A DNA stretch of 61,449 bases, filler included, from Collodictyon triciliatum (taxonomy: Eukaryota): the NCBI GenBank assembly GCA_043381765.1. It is 6 parts of 6 records of this genome, joined end to end, with 100 filler letters (N's around TTAATTAATTAA, not from the genome) between each part and the next. Parts side by side here need not be neighbours in the genome. Positions count along the whole stretch, not along the records: positions 51,634 to 61,449 come from JBHJMP010002881.1; 5 more parts are not named here. One strand, written 5' to 3'. A model generated the notes under the pieces. The model ran no database searches. It was not told where the DNA came from and was given only the letters and a program-made list of their open reading frames with translations. Each line of letters begins with the position of its first letter. Position 1 is the stretch's first letter. The position numbers and the translations under genes were made by a program. Positions 61,363-61,449 of the stretch are shown here, piece by piece.

Positions 61363-61449
<87 letters not shown>
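61363..61449. repeat. (GT)n microsatellite at the window end
   Basis: Directly visible. Confidence 0.97.

Overview
Intron-dense eukaryotic (probably protist) genomic DNA, rich in microsatellites. It is almost certainly not one locus. Six pieces of 9845, 9843, 11790, 9833, 9822 and 9816 bp are joined by artificial N44-TTAATTAATTAA-N44 linkers, so neighbourhoods across linkers carry no information. Splicing exons by hand gives these genes: a membrane adenylyl cyclase with two catalytic domains, an HS2ST/UST-like sulfotransferase, the TFIIF large subunit, SECIS-binding protein 2, an eIF4B-like fragment, AMP deaminase, a YdfG-like SDR, SKI2 helicase, a PHD + SAP30 Sin3-binding protein, a PP2C with a large insertion, a POF1-like NMN adenylyltransferase, an Atg22/UMF1 transporter and ATP synthase subunit g. 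There are also decayed non-LTR retrotransposon pieces. The most striking observation is an intron-retaining pseudogene of the ciliary IQ-motif gene SPATA17/MOT17, with three different in-frame stops and apparent frameshifts, lying among intact genes. This suggests recent decay of a motile-cilium component. CpG-to-TpG/CpA changes in the repeats hint at 5mC methylation. All identifications rest on recalled motifs, not database searches.
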